Below, in pieces: positions 17,758 to 30,300 of a stretch of DNA of 64,000 nt (position 1 is its first letter; each line of letters begins with the position of its first letter). Made by a program: the position numbers and the translations under genes. The stretch covers positions 13,437 through 77,436 of the IMG/VR virus record IMGVR_UViG_3300031339_000004. One strand, given 5' to 3'. This DNA is from a virus. The notes below the pieces were generated by a model. The model saw only the letters and a list, made by a program, of their open reading frames with translations, ran no database searches and had not been told where the DNA came from.

Positions 17758-20355
17758 ATGTCTCAAGATTCGTATAATCGCTCGGCGGTTAAAAGCACAA
17801 TAGTAAAGGATGCAGGACCGTACGAGGCGATTGTAGTAAACAACCTTGACACTCGTTATATGGGGTCACTTGAGGTTGAAATATTAAAGTACACAGGCGG
17901 AGCAAACACTCCAGAAAAAAGCGGCGAGATATTTAACGTAAGGTACCTTAGTCCTTTTTACGGTGTAACACCAAGCAAGGGAGCAACTCCTCAAGACGGT
18001 TATGCCAACTCTCAAAAGAGCTATGGTTTTTGGGCTGTTCCGCCTGATGTAGGCACAAAGGTGCTTGTTACGTTTGCTGAAGGTAATTCTAACTACGGAT
18101 ATTGGATCGGCTGTATTCAAGACGATTACATGAACTTCATGGTTCCAGACGGAAGAGCCAGCACAACACTTACGGCTTCAGACACTCCACCAGAATTAAA
18201 CGATGCAAAGTTGCCAGTAGGCGAGTACAATAAACTTATAGAAACAGGCGAAGCCTTGGATCCTACTTTGTTTAAAAAGCCGTATAACAAGGACTTTACA
18301 CGAATTCTTGAAATACAGGGTTTGCTAACTGATGAAGTAAGAGGTACTACAACTACATCAGCTCGTCGCGAAATTCCGTCAATGGTTTTTGGTATATCAA
18401 CGCCAGGCCCAAGAGACAAAAGAACAGGTGCACCTAGAGCATCCTTCGGACCAGACAAAAAAAGTGCTAGTGTTCCTTACAACAGACTAGGCGGCTCAAG
18501 TTTTGTAATGGACGACGGCGATGATAAACTAGTTCGTAAAACTCACGCAGAAGACGGACCTCCAATCTATGTGAACAAACAAGCAGGAGAAACCGGAGGT
18601 GACGCCACTATACCACAGAATGAGCTGATGCGTTTTCGTACTAGAACAGGTCATCAGATTGTACTACATAATTCAGAAGACTTAATTTATATTGGAAATA
18701 GCCGAGGCACAGCTTGGATAGAAATTACATCAGATGGCAAGATAGATATACATGCTCAGGATAGCATTTCGGTAATGTCAGATGCTGATATTAACTTTAC
18801 TGCTGAACGAGACTTTAACATTGACGCTGGCCGAAACATTAATATGAAAGCAAGTGCACGGTATTCCGATAGTGCACAATTTTTAGACAACAAAGAAAGT
18901 GGCAGAATACAAATAGAAAGTGCGTGGGATACTAACGTATTAGTAGGTAATAATTTTAAACATACCATAGAAGGAAACAGCGATATAGTAGTTGGATTGG
19001 ATTCGAATCAACTAGTAGATCAGACTTATAATCTTCATGCAAAACAAAACATAAATTTTCTGTCAAATAAGGCTATTCATGAAAAAGCAACCAGCAGTAT
19101 ATATAGAACTGCTGGTAAGACACTGCATGACAGCGCCGGACTTTCTTACTTATTAAGTGCAAAATCTAGTGATATTGCTATAAAAGCAAACAGCAGTTTA
19201 TCAGTTGTTGGAATTTTAAGTCAGAATGTAGGTGCAGCGTATAAAGTCACTGCTGGTACTGCTATAATAGAGTCAAAAGGTCCATTGGCGCTCAACGCAA
19301 TGGGAGGAATTAACCTCAATGGTGCTGCTGGGTCAGTAGGAGCAGCAAGCCCAGCTGTAAAAATTGCGTTAATTGCAGCAGACGCAGTAGATGCTGGACG
19401 TGCAGAAGAATTATCTACTGTCACATTGCCTTATATGTTCCCTGGCTCTGTAAAACCAGTACCTTACGAAAGTATATTAACAAGAGCACCTCAGCATGAA
19501 CCGTGGTCACATCACGAAAACATGAATCCACAAGCTTACAAGAAGGAACAGTCTGATAGAGAAGACCCAGGCGGGTTAGCAGTAAACGATAGAATATTGA
19601 CACCTGATACATTTACTAGAGGGTTTGGTCCTCAATCTAGTCAGACTGTGTTTAACAGCGGCGGCGGCGAAAACTTTGACGGCGGGACCGGTGACTCGAC
19701 TATTACTAATAACTCAGTAGAATCAAAGAATTCTATTACTTCGTATGTTAACGGTGCTAGAATAGACCCAGATAGAGGAACACCGTCAAATATCTCCCAG
19801 CGTTTCTTTATAGGCGACGGCGCGTTGGGTACAATTACAACCAGGACTGGCCTAACAGCTCAAGTAGCAGAGGTGTTTGTTACTAATTTCCAGGGATTCA
19901 TTGATGACCTAGAGTCTACTGGCTACCAGATAAAAACATTACTAGGATATGCTAAACGACAGACAGTTAGTGGATCAGGTTGGTCGATTCACGCTAGTGG
20001 CGGGGCCATAGATATCAATCCGCCTAACCCAGTGTTTAACAACGGGCCAAATGGATTCTTTTCACCCCGGCCACCAAATGCTCCTATTACTGATATGCCA
20101 AAATCAACGCTTTCGTTAGCAAATAAACACGGCCTAGGATGGGGCGGAGCATGGCAGTCAATTGACGATGCTATGCACTTTAGCACGTATAAAGGAGAAG
20201 GCGGAGCATTTAAGTTCCGCAGAGGCTTTATTCCTAAAGGTCCGTCAGATAACAGGGACGACGGAGTGCCGTCAGTGGGCGGAGAAGCAGCTAGTACCAG
20301 CGAGCCGAGTGGAGTAGATGACTCTATTCTGCCAGGCCCGCAGAGCACTAGTTGA
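17758..20355 (+). CDS. gp5: gp5/VgrG-like baseplate spike with C-terminal peptidase M15 domain
   Basis: N-terminal OB-fold pattern (D....G.L.V; PPDVGTKVLVTF...YWIG), RTRTGHQI and beta-helix-like repeats; C-terminal SIHASGGAIDIN...GLGWGG.W...DAMHF. Confidence 0.8.
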   Translation: MSQDSYNRSAVKSTIVKDAGPYEAIVVNNLDTRYMGSLEVEILKYTGGANTPEKSGEIFNVRYLSPFYGVTPSKGATPQDGYANSQKSYGFWAVPPDVGTKVLVTFAEGNSNYGYWIGCIQDDYMNFMVPDGRASTTLTASDTPPELNDAKLPVGEYNKLIETGEALDPTLFKKPYNKDFTRILEIQGLLTDEVRGTTTTSARREIPSMVFGISTPGPRDKRTGAPRASFGPDKKSASVPYNRLGGSSFVMDDGDDKLVRKTHAEDGPPIYVNKQAGETGGDATIPQNELMRFRTRTGHQIVLHNSEDLIYIGNSRGTAWIEITSDGKIDIHAQDSISVMSDADINFTAERDFNIDAGRNINMKASARYSDSAQFLDNKESGRIQIESAWDTNVLVGNNFKHTIEGNSDIVVGLDSNQLVDQTYNLHAKQNINFLSNKAIHEKATSSIYRTAGKTLHDSAGLSYLLSAKSSDIAIKANSSLSVVGILSQNVGAAYKVTAGTAIIESKGPLALNAMGGINLNGAAGSVGAASPAVKIALIAADAVDAGRAEELSTVTLPYMFPGSVKPVPYESILTRAPQHEPWSHHENMNPQAYKKEQSDREDPGGLAVNDRILTPDTFTRGFGPQSSQTVFNSGGGENFDGGTGDSTITNNSVESKNSITSYVNGARIDPDRGTPSNISQRFFIGDGALGTITTRTGLTAQVAEVFVTNFQGFIDDLESTGYQIKTLLGYAKRQTVSGSGWSIHASGGAIDINPPNPVFNNGPNGFFSPRPPNAPITDMPKSTLSLANKHGLGWGGAWQSIDDAMHFSTYKGEGGAFKFRRGFIPKGPSDNRDDGVPSVGGEAASTSEPSGVDDSILPGPQSTS

Positions 20356-20361
20356 GTGAGA

Positions 20362-20367
20362 TAAATA
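20362..20367 (+). promoter_or_regulatory. Late promoter core TAAATA, 4 nt before the gp25 ATG
   Basis: gaTAAATAcaatATG. Confidence 0.6.
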
Positions 20368-20371
20368 CAAT

Positions 20372-20809
20372 ATGAGCAGCCTAGAGAAGAATTTATATCA
20401 ACGAGTAAAAGTGACCCCTACAAAAACCTCCGCTTCAACAGGCAGAGCATATAGGGGGTTTAGTACTGTGGCCCGGACTAACCAAGGGTATTCGTTGTAT
20501 GACTTCGAATTGATTAAACAGGATTTGATTAATCACTTCCATATACGACAAGGCGAAAAGTTATCAAACCCTGGCTTTGGTTGTATCATCTGGGACTTGC
20601 TATTTGAGCCTTTTACTCCAGCTGTGCAAGAAGCAATCATTCAAAACGTAACGACTATTATTAATTTTGATCCTAGGCTAACAGCCAAGGACGTTATAGT
20701 TGACACATACGAACAGGGTATTTCTATTGATTGTGAACTCACGTACCTGCCTTACGATATCTCCGAATCAATTACATTTACCTTTGACCAGAAAAACGGC
20801 TTAAATTAA
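20372..20809 (+). CDS. gp25: gp25-like baseplate wedge subunit
   Basis: LIKQDLINHFHIRQGEKLSNPGFGCIIWDLLFEP...DPR. Confidence 0.88.
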   Translation: MSSLEKNLYQRVKVTPTKTSASTGRAYRGFSTVARTNQGYSLYDFELIKQDLINHFHIRQGEKLSNPGFGCIIWDLLFEPFTPAVQEAIIQNVTTIINFDPRLTAKDVIVDTYEQGISIDCELTYLPYDISESITFTFDQKNGLN

Positions 20810-20834
20810 TTAAGTACGCAGTTTTTTATTATGA

Positions 20835-20840
20835 TAAATA
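20835..20840 (+). promoter_or_regulatory. Late promoter core TAAATA upstream of gp6
   Basis: TAAATA followed by GAGG and ATG 20866. Confidence 0.6.
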
Positions 20841-20865
20841 TCATAGTTAATGAGGAATCTAATTT

Positions 20866-23800
20866 ATGTCTGCAACAGATAGACAAACACGACTTTTGGT
20901 AGCAGAAGACTGGAAGAGAATTTATCAGAGTTTTAGAAACGCTGACTTCCAAAGCTACGATTTTGACAACCTGCGCAGAACCATGATTAATTATCTGCGA
21001 CAAAACTATCCTGAAGATTTTAACGATTATATCGAGTCAAGCGAATACCTTGCTCTAATCGACATGATCGCATTCCTTGGTCAAAACCTGTCTTTTAGAA
21101 TAGACCTAAACGCCAGAGAAAACTTCCTCGAGACAGCTGAACGTAGGGAAAGCGTACTGCGTCTTGCACGGATGTTAGCCTACAACCCTCGACGAAACCA
21201 AGCAGCTAATGGTTTGCTTAAAATTTCTACAGTAACGACCACTGAGCAAATAGTTGATAGTACCGGAGTAAATATTGCAGGTTCTACTATACGTTGGAAC
21301 GATCAAAGCAACCCTAACTTTTTTGAACAGTTTATTAAAATAATAAACGCAGCTCTACCTGTTACTAATTCAGTAGGTAGTCCTTTAAAGACTGAGAATA
21401 TCGACGGTGTGCAAACACAGAAGTATCGTCTAAACGCAACCAACACAGGTGTACCAGCATTCCCGTTTACAAAATCCATTGAAGGTGTTAGCACTAGATA
21501 CGAAGTTGTATCAACTGATTTCGATAACAGCGTAATAAAAGAAGAGCCGCCGATGCCCGGCACAAGTCCCGCGTTTTTGTTTAGAGATGACGGTCAGGGT
21601 GCAGGATCCAATAACACAGGATTCTTTATGCACTTTCGGCAAGGCAGGCTTGACGAAGGTACATTTTCGGTATCCAATCCGATCCCCAACCAGATCGTGG
21701 GCATTGACGCAGAGAACATCAACAACGACGATGTATGGCTTTACAGCATAGATACAAACGGTTTTGAGACAACTTCGTGGACTAAGCTGGAAGCAGTAGA
21801 AGGCAACAACATTATCTACAACAGTCTTTTTAAAGGCATTAGTAATGTGTTTGCTGTGTCTACTCGTATTAGCGATAGAATCAATCTAGTGTTTAGTGAC
21901 GGTATTTTTGGAAACCTTCCCGCAGGAAACTTTAAAGTATACTATAGAACAAGTTCAAACAGATCCAGTGTAATTTCACCTGGTGAAGTGGGCAACGTTA
22001 CTATTGAAATTCCTTACCAAAGCCGTAGCGGTTCACTTGAAACACTAACGTTTGGGCTCAGATTAAATTATACTGTATCTAATGGTACTCCTACAGAATC
22101 TAACGATAGTATCAAGCAAAACGCGCCTGCGACTTATTACACACAGAATCGATTAATCACAGGCGAAGATTACAACATAGGTCCTCTTGCGGTCAGCCAA
22201 GACATTATAAAAACTAAGAGTGTTAACAGAGTTAGTAGTGGCATAAGTAGATATTTTGATTTAAAAGATGCAAGTGGAAAGTATTCTAATACTAGTTTGT
22301 TTGCTGACGACGGCATTATATATAAAGAATTATACGAGGTAAAAACACAATTTGCATTTTCTTCACAAAGTGATATTGAAGGCATATTGGTTAATACTGT
22401 TGAAGATATTATGAATACTACTAATCTCAAAAACTTTTACTACTCGGAATTTCCAAGAACAATTACTTCGGATCTAAGTGCAAGTTGGGAAAATACAACA
22501 AAATTTACTAACCAGTACACTGGGTTCCTTAATGACACACAGGGCGAAGCCTACGCTATTGGAGCGTTTACTGCTAATAATTTACGATACGTAGAGTCCG
22601 GAACTCTTCTTAAGTTCGTGGCACCTATTGTTGATGGAGTGCAGCAGTATTTCTTAAAAGACGGTACTTACACAGCTAACCCAAATCTAGATGGCACAAC
22701 CATATACCTATGGACCAAGGTCGCTGACACGATATCAGACGGAACAACTTTGACCATAGACGACAGGGGTCCTATTACACTAGTTGATCTTATTCCTAAT
22801 GGTTCGCTGCTTAGTCAAGTTATTCCAAAGATCTCCAGGACATTATTAACTGATCTAAAAACTCAAATAATTGATCAAACATTTGCTTACAAAGATTATG
22901 CACTTAGATATAATACAAACACTCTCGAGTGGCAGTTAGTACTTGCGTCGAATATTGATACACTGTCTGAATTTAGCACAGGTAAAGCAGGAGATCTTAG
23001 CGGACAAAATCTTGATGCAAGTTGGTTGTTGAATTTTAAAACCAACGGCGATACTTATACTATTACTCATCGCAATCTAAGATACGTATTCGAAAGTAAA
23101 GACGAAGTTCGGTTTACATTTGACGGTTCAGACAAAGTCTTTAATCCAAAAACAGGAAAAATTGCACGTGACGGAATCCGAGTATTAGGAGTTAATAAGC
23201 AGCCAGACAGTGCTAGTAGTTTCACAAGAGATTTTAACTGGGGAATTTCTGATGCTTATAGAGACAAAGAAGGTTATGTAGATACCACAAAGATTGAAAT
23301 ACAGTTTGTTGATTTAGACAACGATGGTGTTATTGACGATCCGGACCTATTTAATAGAATTGTCGAACCAGAAGTATTACCGTCTCAGAAAATCATCTTT
23401 CAACAGCGGTTTACAACGTCTGACGGAGTAGAAGACTTTAGATTTTTCGATAACTTGAGTGGTTCTATTAAGGTAGTTAGTAACGAGTCGAACATAATTT
23501 ATAGCGCAGAACAGGAAGGACAAATATTTTACTTGTTTGAAGAAGAAGTTTTTAAGACTCTAAATAAATCGTTAAATAACACAACGATTAATATAAATTA
23601 CAGAGCGTATTTTGGAAGAGCAGGACTGAAATTTCATTACGTACATGTAGCTGACAGCAATTATAGAATTGACCCCAGTGCAAGTAATATTATTGATACT
23701 TTCTTGCTAACAAAGAATTATGATACAGAAGTTAGAAAATATGTTGCAGGAATAATTCCAGTAACACCAAAACCTGAAAGTAGTGATAGCCTGTTCAGAT

Positions 23801-24288
23801 CTTACGGCACATCAATTAATGCAATAAAGTCAATTAGTGACGAGATAGTTTATCATCCGGTTAAGTATAAGATACTGTTTGGTGAGAAAGCAATGAATGA
23901 TTTGCAAGTTAAGTTTAAAGTGGTTCGAAATAAATCAATAGTAGTTAACGAGAATGAGTTAAAAGCAGAGATAATTGAATCAATGAATCGGTTTTTTGCT
24001 ATTGAGAATTGGGACTTTGGAGAGACTTTTTACTTTCAAGAACTTAGTGCATTTATTATGAATACTATGACACCCAAATTAGTAAGTGTAGTAATTGTGC
24101 CAAGACAAGGTTCACAATCGTTCGGTAGTTTATTTGAAATAAAATCCGAACTTGATGAAATTTTTATTAGTGCTGCTAGTGTACGTGATGTAGAAATTAT
24201 TGACGAACTAACAGCAACTGAATTGCAAGCAAGCGGTAACGTAATAACTAGCGTTATGACAGCTACTTCAGGCATTATATCTAGATAA
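20866..24288 (+). CDS. gp6: gp6-like baseplate wedge subunit (1140 aa)
   Basis: DFD.LR..MI.YL, FLETAERRESVLRLARMLAYNP, F.DG.FG..P, QNRLITGEDY; follows gp25. Confidence 0.85.
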   Translation: MSATDRQTRLLVAEDWKRIYQSFRNADFQSYDFDNLRRTMINYLRQNYPEDFNDYIESSEYLALIDMIAFLGQNLSFRIDLNARENFLETAERRESVLRLARMLAYNPRRNQAANGLLKISTVTTTEQIVDSTGVNIAGSTIRWNDQSNPNFFEQFIKIINAALPVTNSVGSPLKTENIDGVQTQKYRLNATNTGVPAFPFTKSIEGVSTRYEVVSTDFDNSVIKEEPPMPGTSPAFLFRDDGQGAGSNNTGFFMHFRQGRLDEGTFSVSNPIPNQIVGIDAENINNDDVWLYSIDTNGFETTSWTKLEAVEGNNIIYNSLFKGISNVFAVSTRISDRINLVFSDGIFGNLPAGNFKVYYRTSSNRSSVISPGEVGNVTIEIPYQSRSGSLETLTFGLRLNYTVSNGTPTESNDSIKQNAPATYYTQNRLITGEDYNIGPLAVSQDIIKTKSVNRVSSGISRYFDLKDASGKYSNTSLFADDGIIYKELYEVKTQFAFSSQSDIEGILVNTVEDIMNTTNLKNFYYSEFPRTITSDLSASWENTTKFTNQYTGFLNDTQGEAYAIGAFTANNLRYVESGTLLKFVAPIVDGVQQYFLKDGTYTANPNLDGTTIYLWTKVADTISDGTTLTIDDRGPITLVDLIPNGSLLSQVIPKISRTLLTDLKTQIIDQTFAYKDYALRYNTNTLEWQLVLASNIDTLSEFSTGKAGDLSGQNLDASWLLNFKTNGDTYTITHRNLRYVFESKDEVRFTFDGSDKVFNPKTGKIARDGIRVLGVNKQPDSASSFTRDFNWGISDAYRDKEGYVDTTKIEIQFVDLDNDGVIDDPDLFNRIVEPEVLPSQKIIFQQRFTTSDGVEDFRFFDNLSGSIKVVSNESNIIYSAEQEGQIFYLFEEEVFKTLNKSLNNTTININYRAYFGRAGLKFHYVHVADSNYRIDPSASNIIDTFLLTKNYDTEVRKYVAGIIPVTPKPESSDSLFRSYGTSINAIKSISDEIVYHPVKYKILFGEKAMNDLQVKFKVVRNKSIVVNENELKAEIIESMNRFFAIENWDFGETFYFQELSAFIMNTMTPKLVSVVIVPRQGSQSFGSLFEIKSELDEIFISAASVRDVEIIDELTATELQASGNVITSVMTATSGIISR

Positions 24289-24302
24289 GGACATAATTAA
24301 TA

Positions 24303-27300
24303 ATGGCTTCTAACGATAGTCAAAACGAAAGCCCACTTCCGACGCCGGGTAATAACAAGCGTACAGCAGCAGATCTTCTACCTAGATTCTTTAGGACAGA
24401 AGCTAACAAAAAATTTCTGCAAGGCACAATTGATCAGCTAATTCAGCCTGGAGTAGCTGAAAAGCTTAACGGGTTTCTTGGCCGTAAGACTGCCAAGGCC
24501 TATAAGAGTACTGACAATTACATCAGTGATGTAAGTGTTGATAGAGGTAATTATCAACTAGAACCAGTAGCTGTTATTAAGGATAATCTAGATAACGTCA
24601 CTTTTTATAAAGATTATAACGATTACCTTGGCTCGCTAAGATATTTTGGGGCAAACACAGATAACGCAAGTCGTTTAAATTCACAAGACACTTACGCTTG
24701 GGCTCCTCATATTGATTACGATAAGTTTGTTAACTTTCGTGAGTACTATTGGCTACCTAATGGACCTTTATCTATTCAAGTATCAGGCGAGCAGCGCGAC
24801 GTTGTAAGCACCTACTCAGTTACAACTGTAAACGACGGTGACAATGTTGCCTATGTGTTTAATGACACTGCAACAAGAAATCCAACTCTAAAACTTTATA
24901 GAGGTCAGACCTACAGATTTGAAATTGATACTCCTGGATATCCACTAGCATTTTCTGTTAACAGAATATTTGATGATTCGGTAAATGTATCTACTTTCTT
25001 TCCAGACGGCGTGCGTAAATTAGACGACAGCGGACAAGAAGTATCTACTGCGTATATCGAGAAAGGTACAATTGAATTTACAGTACCATATAATGCAGCA
25101 GAACGAGTCTTCTATCTAAGTAAAAATAGTATCGACACTAGCGGACTTTTCCGAATTTACGACATAGAAAGCAATACCTTTCTTGATGTTGCTGACGATA
25201 TACTAGGCAAGAAAACGTATCAAACAGCAACCGGGCTAGCCCTAAGTAACGGTATGAAGCTAACTTTTGTTGGAAACATAACTCCGGCAAACTACGCTGA
25301 CTCAGCATGGTACGTTGAGGGAGTGGGCACCAATATAAAATTAATTAACGAAGCTGACTTAGTTATACCTGCGGCCTACTCTACTAACAAGTTAATTCCC
25401 TACGACTCTGATCAGTTTGACAGGTTTCCGTTCGCTAATGCTAGTTCGTATGCTAAATCAAAAGACTACATATTAAGCAACAGAGCAAGTAAAGACCGTA
25501 ATGCGTGGTCACGATATAACAGATGGTTCCATAAAGCTGTTATTACTGCCGGCTTTGAGCAAGCCGACCTTCCCGTAAATATCGATGAAGAAACTAGAGC
25601 AAAACGTCCTATTATTGAATTTGAAGCAGGACTAAAGCTGTATTCTTTTGGAACAGAAGCTAAAGCTGACGTTACGCTGATTGACGATTTCACAAAAGAT
25701 GTGTTTTCTACTATTGAAGGCCAGCTGGGATACAACGTAGATAATGTTGATCTAACAGAGGGCATGCGAGTATTATTTACAGCAGATACTGACATTCTTG
25801 TAAATGGTAAGATTTATGAAGTTAATTTTATTAATGTTAGTAACCAACGACAAATTAGTTTAGTCGAGGTAGAGGACAGTGAACCTAAGGAAAATGAAAC
25901 TGTACTAGTAACACAAGGCAAAGTAAATGCCGGCGTAAGTTTTTATTACGACAACACGTGGAAGCAAGGCCAACTAAAAGAAACGTTAAACCAAGCGCCA
26001 CTTTTTGATTTGTGTGATTGTCAGTTTGGCAATAATTTAGAAAGTCAAGAGTTTTATGACAGTTCTACATTTAACGGAACTAAACTTTTTAGTTATAGGC
26101 AAGGATTGGGATCTAATGATTTAGAGCTAGGCTTTCCTTTAACATACAGAAATATTGAAAACTCAGGTGACATACTATTTGACTTTAATCTTCTTAGTGA
26201 TAAATTTACATATCAGATAGATGAAGAAGTAACTGAAGTAACTACTGACAGTGCTCTGCTAAGAAAGTATTCAGCAAGAACCAGCTTCGAATGGCTTAAC
26301 GGATGGTCCAAGACTCCGGTTAAATCCAAGCAGTATGTGATTAGACAATATGAAGTTACTAATATCGAAAACAACAACTTTCGTATTGATGTATACAAGG
26401 ATTCTGGATTACTGAATGATTTAACAACCATTGTGTACGTAAACAACAAATTACAGCTTATTAACGTTGACTACGAAATTAACAGAATTAATAAAGTAGC
26501 AATAGTGCAATTTGATAAGAACCTACTAAACGGTGATATTGTACAAATAAAAACAGACTCAAAAACTGTTAAGAATAATAATGGCTATTATGAGTTTCCA
26601 CATAACCTAGAAAGAAATCCGTTAAACCAGGATATCAAAGACTTCACGCTAGGTGAAGTTATAGCTCATGTTGATTCGTTGATTGAAGAAGTTCCTAGTT
26701 TTGCAGGTGCGTTTCCTGGTCCTGGAAACCTAAGAGACTTAGGAGACGTTGCTAGATTTGGAAAGAAATTTGTAAAGCATTCAGGATCGATTAACTTTCC
26801 ATTATATCACACGACTAGCAAGGAATACAACATTGTTAAGGCGTTGCGATACAGTCGCGACGAGTATGCAAAGTTCAAAAGAATATTCTTAGAAACAGCA
26901 ACTACTCTAGGGTTCGACGGCAACACTCTAATGCACGTTGACAAGATACTAGAGCGTGTCAACAAAGATAAGATCAAGACTCAGCCGTTTTACTTCTCGG
27001 ATATGATAGCTTACGGCCCTAACAATGTTATAGAATATCAAGTGTTAGATTCAAGAACAGAACTATACGCATTAAATAATGCATTTAATCTTTCAACTCT
27101 TTCTGCAAGAAGTGTGCTGGTTTACTTAAACGGCAAGCAATTAATTGTAGGATCGCATTATACATTTAATCCTCAAGGATTTGTTGTTGTTACTGCTGGG
27201 CAGCAGGAAGGAGATATTCTTGAGCTGATCGAATATGAAGTTACAGACGGATCATTTATTGCACCAACACCCAGCAAGCTAGGACTTTACCCTAAGTTTT

Positions 27301-30300
27301 CACCAGAGCTAACAATCGATGACACATATCAAACATCAGCGCCGGTTAATCCTGGCCCGTATAAGGTCTACGGCGAGCAAGATATTGTCAGTACAAATGA
27401 CGTTCGCGGCTGGTTTTACCCTGTGTATACTACTAAGAGCGCAGCAAAGGCAGCAGATCAAGTCGCAGGGGGTTCGGGTCAAATATCAACAGTTAGATTT
27501 AAAGGTCTGACCGAATCACTTTACATAGCAAACAGTGCGACTAATATTTTAGGAGGACAAGACAACGTTGAGATAGACACATACCCAGTGGGCATTCCTT
27601 TTATTAGAGGACACGACGGAAGCTATGTTCGAGCCTACTTAGATTTTAGAGACGAGTTGTTGCTTGACCTCGAAAAACGCATTTTTAATAATATTAAAGT
27701 ACAGTGGACTGAAGACGTAATTGATATAGACGGATTCTTCGGTGGCGATTTTAGACCGTCGGAGTTTAGCTCAGCAGAAATTAATAAAAGTTTGTCACCT
27801 GAGTTTACTCATTGGCTTAAATTAGTAGACAACGACTACACTGATAATTTCTTCTATGATAGAACTAATGAGTTTACCTACAACTATTCTAATGCAAATA
27901 ATCTAGCAGATGAAGACCTACCAGGATTTTGGCGAGCTGTTTATAAGCAGGCATTTGACACCGACAGACCGCATAGTCATCCTTGGGAAATGTTAGGATT
28001 TAGAATTAAGCCGTTGTGGTGGAACGAATCTTACGGTTCAGCACCTTACACAGGTGATAACCTCAACATGTGGCGCGACCTTGAACAGGGTATTGTACGC
28101 GAACCTGGCAAGGAAATTATATTTCTTACCAAATATGCAAGACCTGGTTTGGTAAATTTTATTCCGTCAGACCAAAAAGGAAAGTTAAAATCACCACTAG
28201 CGTCTAGCTATGTTAAGAACTTTATTTTAAGATTAAGCACGCAGAGTTTTAAGTTTGGCGACCAATCTCCTGTCGAAACCGCGTGGAGAAGAAGTCCACA
28301 ATATCCATTCTCTGTAGTAACTGCCATGCTGTTAAACCAACCTTCTAAAGTATTTGGGGCCGGGTACGATGTTAGCAGAATTAAAACTAACCTGGTAGGA
28401 CAGCGTGTTTATACAGAAACCAACAAGTTTATGTCTAACACGGGTGTAGTATTCCCAAATACTTCTCAGGATAGTAGCAGAGTATTAACTAGCGGCTTTG
28501 TAAATTACATTTATAATTTAGTAGCAGGTGATATACTTTCTGTATATTCCGATTATCAATTACAGTTTTTAGAATTAAGAAATCAGCTAGGATTTAAACT
28601 AGCAGGCTTTAGTGATAAGTCTAAAATTAACCTAGTGTTGGAAAGTACAACTCCGCGAATAGACGCACAAGCTGGAGTATTTGTTCCTCAGGAGAACTAC
28701 GAAGTAGTCTTCAATACCAGCTCACCTGTTGATTTTGTAGTATATAGTGGCGTTGCTATTGAAAAAACAGCAGGCGGATTCTTGCTACGAGGGTACAATA
28801 ACGATGTACCTTTCTTAGACTACTATCCTCCTAAGTTAGGCACTTCGGGCGTAGACATTACTATAGGTGGAATATCAGAAATTCCGTCTAATTGGGTAGC
28901 TGACACTCAATTTTACGAAGGCCAAGTAATAGAGCACAACAACGCTTATTATAGAGCTACTGTAAGATTTCGGTCACAAGAAGTGTTTTCTACAGATAAT
29001 TTAGCCAAGTTACCTAAGCTTCCTGTGACCGGCGGTAAGTCAGCAAACTTCAAAAAGAACTTCGACGACAGAACTGTTTTATCTCTACAATACGGCGAAA
29101 GATTAGACTCGTCACAAGAAGTAATAGATTTCTTGCTAGGATACGGAAAAAGACTAGAAGATCTAGGATTTGATTTCAACTATACCGAAGCCGAGATTGT
29201 TAATAACTGGAGCCAAGCAGCAAAAGAATTCTTGTTTTGGTCTACACAGGGTTGGGCAGCAGGAACAGCTATTACAATTTCACCGGCTGCTAACAAGGTA
29301 GAGTTCAAAAGAGAATTCGCAGTAGTAGACAATATTTTTGATAACTTTTACTCATACAGCTTATTAAAAGCAGATGGTCTTGCTTTATTAAGCGAATATA
29401 GCAGCTTGTTACGAGACCAAAGTAGTTTCGGAATACAAACAGTAAACACTGATGACGGTTTGTATTCAGTAGCACTTGCGTTAGTACAAAAAGAACACGT
29501 AGTAGTAATAGACAATCGAACAATATTTAATGATATAATCTATGAACCGGCTACTGGTTATAGAAGAGATCGTATTAAGATAGTAGGCTACCGTTCAGAT
29601 GATTGGAACGGTGGGCTAAACATTCCTGGTTTTGTTTACGATGGCGCAGTTATGTTAGAATGGGCTAGTTGGAAAGATTTTCAAATTGGTAGCTTGGTTA
29701 AGTACAAGCAATTCTATTACGTAGCTATTGAAAACGTACCGGGTTCAAAAGAATTTAATACTAGCCTTTGGTATAGATTAAGTAAGAAGCCAGAAGCAGA
29801 ACTAATCACTAACTTTGATTATAGAATTAATCAGTTTACTGACTTTTATGATCTTGATACAGACGGATTTGATGCCGAGCTACAAAGAATGGCACAACAT
29901 CTAACTGGCTATCAAAAGAGACAGTACCTAGCAAACATCATTACTGATGACGTTTCTCAGTACAAGTTTTATCAAGGCATGATTCAGGACAAAGGTACTA
30001 AAAATGCATTGTCTAAAATGTTCGAAAAACTAGGTGCAGCAGGCAAAGAAAGCTTAGAGTTCTTTGAAGAATGGGCCATACAAGTTGGTAGATATGGTGC
30101 GATTGATAACACAAGTCAAATTGAGATCAATTTGAAACAAGACCAAATACGGATTTCTCCGCAGCCTATTGAATTAACAGATGACATTCCTCTAAGTAAT
30201 TTGGAAAAAGTCTACAGAATAAAATCTTTTGAGCTGTATGATAAGCCTGCTAACTATACTGGAGCACCGTTCTTTACCAAGCCGTTAGTTAACGAGTATG

